A DNA stretch of 11,614 nt, from positions 1 through 11,614 of the forward strand of contig JBDRBK010000200.1 of the NCBI GenBank assembly GCA_043822705.1, read 5' to 3'. A model generated the notes under the pieces. It worked only from the letters and a program-made list of their open reading frames with translations, did not search any database and was not told the DNA's origin. Below, in pieces: positions 8,601 through 11,614 of this stretch (the first letter of the stretch is position 1; each line of letters starts with the position of its first letter). The stretch comes from Fidelibacterota bacterium. GTDB lineage: Bacteria; Fidelibacterota; Marinisomatia; Marinisomatales; TCS56. The position numbers and the translations under genes were made by a program.

Positions 8601-9407
8601 AGTATGATCAACCCGGCCTGGGTCATGGCCGACCAGTATTGCCTGTCGCATGCGATAACTAACGTGATCGAGAATGCTATCAAGTATACCGATCAGGGAT
8701 CGGTTTCGGTGGTACTGGGGGCCGCTGCAAACGACTACCGGATTACGGTGGTCGATACCGGTATCGGTATTTCGGCGGAATATCAAAAGCAGTTATTCGA
8801 ACCGTTTTCGCAGGAAAGCACCGGGTACAATAAAAAATTCCAGGGTGTGGGTCTGGGGTTGACGCTTACTAGAAAATTCCTGGAATTATCGAATGCCGCG
8901 ATCGCCGTCGAAAGCCAAAAAAAACAGGGTACGATCTTCACGATTACCATCCCGGCCGCCGATGTGCTGAAACCAACCGCAGTCGACAATCAACCGGAAA
9001 TAATTGATCCATTGGATAATGCAACGACCCGCAGCTATTATCGCGGAAAACACATGGTTCTGGTAGTCGAGGATGATAAATCCAACCGCGAATTGATGGG
9101 GCACTATCTGGGGGACCGCTACCGGATTACATTTGCCGAAACCGTCCTTGAAGCCAAGCGGATAATGAGCAGCAATATGGTCGATGCCGTTGTGCTGGAT
9201 CTGTCGCTGCGTGGCGATGAAGATGGTCTGGATCTGGTACGATACATGCGTGAAACGCCGGAATGGGAAAAAATTCCGGTTATCGTCGTCACGGCGCACG
9301 CTTTTGTCAGTGATCGCAACCGTGTGCTGGAGGAGGGCTGCAATGAATTCCTGACCAAACCGCTGAAACAGTCACTGCTGATCGAAAAGCTGGAAGAGCA
9401 CTTATAA
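5652..9407 (+). CDS. Hybrid sensor histidine kinase with two-component regulator beta-propeller and Y_Y_Y periplasmic sensor, HisKA, HATPase_c and REC (no AraC HTH)
   Basis: The ORF track starts at TTG 5595. I prefer ATG 5652 because it gives a signal-peptide-like N-terminus (MKGWKHIISYRICRIAVILFCLSPTRA). There are 14 (I/L/M)W(V/I)GT-x-GGL-type repeats. Y_Y_Y domain QYAYKLEGFESDW...ATYTNIPSGEYTFRV; TM after PPFWRTVWF. H-box FLANMSHEIRTPLN, N-box NVIENAIKYT, G1 DTGIGI, G2 GVGLGL. Receiver VLVVEDD...VVLDLSL...VTAH...LTKP. TAA at 9405-9407. Confidence 0.93.
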   Translation: MKGWKHIISYRICRIAVILFCLSPTRAFDLDPKPRFDKLTIEQGLSQNSVFCIIQDNQGFMWFGTEEGLNRFDGADYLIYSAVPGAENSLSGNTIYYLLEDRRGDLWVAVYGYGLNRFDRTRNRFIHYRHDPEDSTSLASDFVWNMYMDKHGNLWVGTDGGGLDRFDLAQQKFIHYRHDSTRAAAISDDHIYGIIEDHQGTLWVGTANGLNRYCSENDTFQPYFHDAQDLTSLGKNSITCLLADEQGMIWVGTDGGGLDCYHTATGRFSHYRYDQDDLSSLSDDHVTALLIDDDGVLWVGTEDGLNLYQTDSGKFKRIEADITDAGSLSDEGILSLYKDRVGNIWVGTINGGVNFLNRYRKPFNHVRSSALKPDVLTDNSVYSFFEDSRRRIWIGTVEGLNRYDPVTGQYRHYLHDANDPGSISDNGIWTIMSDHSGNIWIGTDEGLNKYLPANDSFARYYADPERKYYGGVNTVYFLYQRTGESIWAGTGKGLFSFNPQSGEFSKPYLTAATDSLLSEFSITAILEDHYDYLWLGTETAGVFRIDPQRTVTDHFKPLAGQPGCISSFDITSISEDKAGQIWIGTYGGGLNQYDRSTGKFNSFTSADGLPNNVVYGVLEDERGFLWLSTNNGLSRFDVRNRRFHNYDARDGLQGDEFNAGAYLRDSQGQMFFGGIQGFNVFHPDSVIDNNNIAPVVLTDFLLFNKPLEVGPESLLTSAIDRLDQIELSYNDYVFSIRYAILNFNLPEKNQYAYKLEGFESDWNFVGKQHSATYTNIPSGEYTFRVNGCNNDGIWNTNGASLKIIIQPPFWRTVWFRLLAFSFLIGLAQFIYRARTQSIKTHSRELEQINLVLKQEIEERKKAEQEREQALILARQSDKVKSLFLANMSHEIRTPLNSILGYSDLLEKSLQDRLDADEMEFLQSIRRGGDRLMNTVHAILDISQIEAGSYSLNPERIELTELLHKLVYDLRPQATVKKLALNFKSMINPAWVMADQYCLSHAITNVIENAIKYTDQGSVSVVLGAAANDYRITVVDTGIGISAEYQKQLFEPFSQESTGYNKKFQGVGLGLTLTRKFLELSNAAIAVESQKKQGTIFTITIPAADVLKPTAVDNQPEIIDPLDNATTRSYYRGKHMVLVVEDDKSNRELMGHYLGDRYRITFAETVLEAKRIMSSNMVDAVVLDLSLRGDEDGLDLVRYMRETPEWEKIPVIVVTAHAFVSDRNRVLEEGCNEFLTKPLKQSLLIEKLEEHL

Positions 9408-9413
9408 ATATCC

Positions 9414-9429
9414 CTGGCGGTACCGCCGG
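9414..9429. terminator. GC-rich hairpin after the second kinase gene (weak or uncertain terminator)
   Basis: Perfect palindrome GGCGGTACCGCC at 9416-9427, extendable by a G.U and a C-G pair. There is no following U-tract on the + strand. Confidence 0.3.
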
Positions 9430-9441
9430 CCGGTCGCCTAG

Positions 9442-9476
9442 TCCTCGATAGCGGACAGATTGTCCGATTCCGGACA
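9442..9476. promoter_or_regulatory. Tandem palindromic sites, putative upstream activator sequence for a sigma-54 enhancer-binding protein
   Basis: Perfect TGTCCG-ATTC-CGGACA at 9461-9476, preceded 19 nt earlier by the degenerate TCCTCG-ATAG-CGGACA at 9442-9457. The sites are centred about -88 and -107 from the predicted start near 9557. Confidence 0.65.
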
Positions 9477-9500
9477 CTTTCACCGATATAATCATTAGCA

Positions 9501-9513
9501 TAAGTTATTGTAT
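9501..9513 (-). promoter_or_regulatory. IHF-like binding site between the enhancer and the sigma-54 promoter
   Basis: TAAGTTATTGTAT resembles YAA-N4-TTGATW, the reverse complement of WATCAA-N4-TTR. It sits in an AT-rich tract at the expected position (about -50). Confidence 0.45.
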
Positions 9514-9530
9514 ATTAGGTTTATATGCAC

Positions 9531-9546
9531 CGGCATGGTTCTTGAC
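9531..9546 (+). promoter_or_regulatory. Putative sigma-54 (-24/-12) promoter of the ABC export operon
   Basis: CGGCATGGTTCTTGAC has GG at 9532-9533, 10 nt, then GA at 9544-9545 (a TTGA variant of TTGC). It is followed by SD GAGGA (9564-9568) and ATG 9577. Confidence 0.65.
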
Positions 9547-9576
9547 CTACCTTAGCACAGAACGAGGAAAAATGTA

Positions 9577-10827
9577 ATGGATCGCGAGCTGTCAAGAAAT
9601 CAACTAATCAAAAACAGGGTCAAAACCGGTCTCCGTCTGGCAGGAATATTCCTGTTGATTATAATCGGACTGATAATTCTCCGGCAGATTTTCAAGCCGG
9701 CGATCAAATTTTCACGGATTATGGTGGCTACGGCCGAAGTCGGTCGCATCGAAGACGCCCTGACGGCGTCGGGAACAGTCATACCGGAATTCGAGCAGGT
9801 TGTGACTAGTCCGATCCAATCCTCCGTCGTCGATGTTTTTCACCAGGCGGGCGACCTGGTAGTTCGGGGGACGGCAATTCTGCAATTAAACACCGAGTTC
9901 GTCCGCCTGCGCCGGGGACGGTTGCTGGAAGAACTGGAATTGCAGAAAAATAAAAAGATACAATTGAATCTGGCGCTGGAGCGCAACCGCACCGAATTAC
10001 AGGCTCAGCATGATATCAAGGAATTGAACCTGGAACTGCTGCAATCGAAAGTAAATCAGGCCGAACACCTGCATAGCATCGGCGCCGGCAGCAAGGACAA
10101 TCTGGATCAGGCCCGGCTCAATCTGGAGATCGCCCGGCGTGAGCTGAAACTGTTGGAACAGACGATTGAAAATGAGGAAAAGACTTTAAGTGCCGACCTG
10201 CATGGAGTCGATCTGCAGATCGGAATTCAGGAAAATACGATTGCGGAAATCGACCGGCAACTGGAGCTGGCGGAAATCCGGGCCGACCGCGACGGCGTGA
10301 TAACCTGGGTCAACGATAATATCGGGTCGACCGTACAAGCAGGTGATATCGTCGTCCGAATCGCCGATTTGACCTCCTATAAAGTCGAATGCCAGATTTC
10401 CGATATCCATGCCACCAAATTGAAACTGGGGGGACCGGTCCGGGTCCGCCTTGGCGACCGCGACCTGCACGGTGTCATTTCCGGGATTCAACCGACAATC
10501 CGGGGTGGCATCGCCACATTTTTCATCGGCCTTGACGATAAAACCGACCAGGCGCTGCGCTCCAACCTGCGGGTCGACGTATTCGTCATCACCGCCTTTA
10601 AGGACAATATCATGCGGGTGAAAAACGGGCCGTTCGTGGATGGTCCCGGCCGCCAGGATATTTTCGTCGTGGCCGGTAAAAAAGCGCTACGGAAAACGGT
10701 GGATATCGGAGCCACTAATCTGGATTATGTCGAACTGAAAAATTTCGTGGCTGCCGGTGAACGGATCATCATTTCCGATATGGAAAAATACAAGCATCTG
10801 GAAGCGGTCGCTATCAAGGAAGATTAA
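9577..10827 (+). CDS. Efflux transporter periplasmic adaptor subunit (membrane-fusion protein, HlyD/MacA-like)
   Basis: 416 aa. N-terminal TM anchor (LAGIFLLIIIGLIIL). Lipoyl/barrel-sandwich halves (VVTSPIQSSVVDVFHQAGDLVVRG; EIRADRDGVITWV...GSTVQAGD) flank a long coiled coil, followed by a beta-barrel/MP domain. It has an SD and is followed by ABC ATPase and permease genes. Confidence 0.92.
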   Translation: MDRELSRNQLIKNRVKTGLRLAGIFLLIIIGLIILRQIFKPAIKFSRIMVATAEVGRIEDALTASGTVIPEFEQVVTSPIQSSVVDVFHQAGDLVVRGTAILQLNTEFVRLRRGRLLEELELQKNKKIQLNLALERNRTELQAQHDIKELNLELLQSKVNQAEHLHSIGAGSKDNLDQARLNLEIARRELKLLEQTIENEEKTLSADLHGVDLQIGIQENTIAEIDRQLELAEIRADRDGVITWVNDNIGSTVQAGDIVVRIADLTSYKVECQISDIHATKLKLGGPVRVRLGDRDLHGVISGIQPTIRGGIATFFIGLDDKTDQALRSNLRVDVFVITAFKDNIMRVKNGPFVDGPGRQDIFVVAGKKALRKTVDIGATNLDYVELKNFVAAGERIIISDMEKYKHLEAVAIKED

Positions 10828-10853
10828 CAGTAACAATTTCATTGGAGTAGTAA

Positions 10854-11519
10854 ATGATCAGATTAGAGGAAATCGAAAAAGTCTATCGGACCGATCGGAT
10901 CGAGACACTGGCCCTGCATGGTATCAGTCTCACCGTAAACAAAGGTGAATTTTTATCGGTCATGGGTCCGTCGGGTTGTGGTAAAAGTACACTGTTGAAT
11001 ATCATGGGGCTGCTGGATGAACCATCCCAAGGCCGGGTGCTGATCGGTGAAGAATCGACAGCCGAATTCAGTGACCGCAAACGTGCTAATATTCGTAACC
11101 AGAAAATCGGGTTCGTGTTCCAGAGTTATCACCTGATCAATGATCTGTCGGTAGTCGATAACGTGGAATTGCCACTGATTTATCGCAGTCTGTCCGGTTC
11201 AAAGCGGCGGCAGCGGGCGCTGGAAGCTCTGGAAAAAGTCGGGTTGAGCGCCCGCACCAGACATTTCCCGACACAGTTATCCGGTGGTCAGCGGCAGCGC
11301 GTGGCGATCGCCCGCGCCATTGTCGGTGGACCGGAAATGCTGCTGGCCGACGAACCGACCGGCAATCTGGACAGCATCATGGGCGGGGAAATCATGGAAA
11401 TCCTGCAGAAACTGGTCCGGGACTTCAATACGACCATTGTGATGGTCACCCACGACGAAGATATCGCTCATCGGACCGACCGGATCATCCGTCTGTTCGA
11501 CGGCAGTCAGGTTAATTGA
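10854..11519 (+). CDS. ABC transporter ATP-binding protein (MacB/LolD/FtsE family)
   Basis: 221 aa. Walker A GPSGCGKS, Q-loop GFVFQSY, signature LSGGQRQRV, Walker B/D-loop LLADEPTGNLD, H-loop MVTHD. SD GGAG at 10844-10847. Confidence 0.96.
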   Translation: MIRLEEIEKVYRTDRIETLALHGISLTVNKGEFLSVMGPSGCGKSTLLNIMGLLDEPSQGRVLIGEESTAEFSDRKRANIRNQKIGFVFQSYHLINDLSVVDNVELPLIYRSLSGSKRRQRALEALEKVGLSARTRHFPTQLSGGQRQRVAIARAIVGGPEMLLADEPTGNLDSIMGGEIMEILQKLVRDFNTTIVMVTHDEDIAHRTDRIIRLFDGSQVN

Positions 11520-11528
11520 GGAGCGATT

Positions 11529-11614
11529 ATGTTTAAAAATTACCTGAAGACTGCACTTAAAGTATTGTGGCGGCACAAACTGTTCACCTTCATTAGTCTG
11601 TTCGGAATCAGCTT
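11529..11614 (+). CDS. ABC transporter permease (MacB/FtsX family), N-terminus only, 3'-truncated by the window edge
   Basis: Not in the ORF track. ATG 11529 gives MFKNYLKTALKVLWRHKLFTFISLFGIS..., the typical N-terminal amphipathic helix and TM1 start of MacB-type permeases. SD GAGGAG at 11518-11523 overlaps the ATPase stop codon. Confidence 0.88.
   Translation, partial: MFKNYLKTALKVLWRHKLFTFISLFGIS

Noticed and set aside
8917..8924. A8 homopolymer in the kinase HATPase region as a phase-variation or frameshift site
   Set aside because: The frame is intact (SQKKQG) and the run is short and explained by Gln/Lys codons.

Overview
An 11.6-kb, mostly ~50-55% GC bacterial chromosomal segment, probably from a T9SS-bearing FCB-group organism outside the Bacteroidia. 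This is inferred from an NYPNPFNP-type T9SS C-terminal domain, a PorV/PorQ-like barrel and clear Shine-Dalgarno use. From left to right it has: (1) the 3' part of a PorV/PorQ-family outer-membrane barrel gene, closely followed by an NHL beta-propeller lipoprotein gene; (2) a convergent small gene that is essentially only a signal peptide plus a T9SS sorting domain; (3) two tandem hybrid sensor kinases (CHASE-GAF-HisKA-HATPase-REC, and 14-repeat propeller-Y_Y_Y-HisKA-HATPase-REC with no AraC output); (4) the start of a MacAB-like ABC export operon (adaptor, ATPase, permease running off the end). The most notable unannotated signals are the cargo-less T9SS substrate next to a PorV-like gene, a low-GC 60-aa D-(S/T)-repeat insert in the lipoprotein, and two sigma-54-type promoters, one of them with a full enhancer, IHF-like site and -24/-12 layout. 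I saw no mobile elements, RNA genes or CRISPR arrays. All family calls come from reading motifs by eye; no searches were run.
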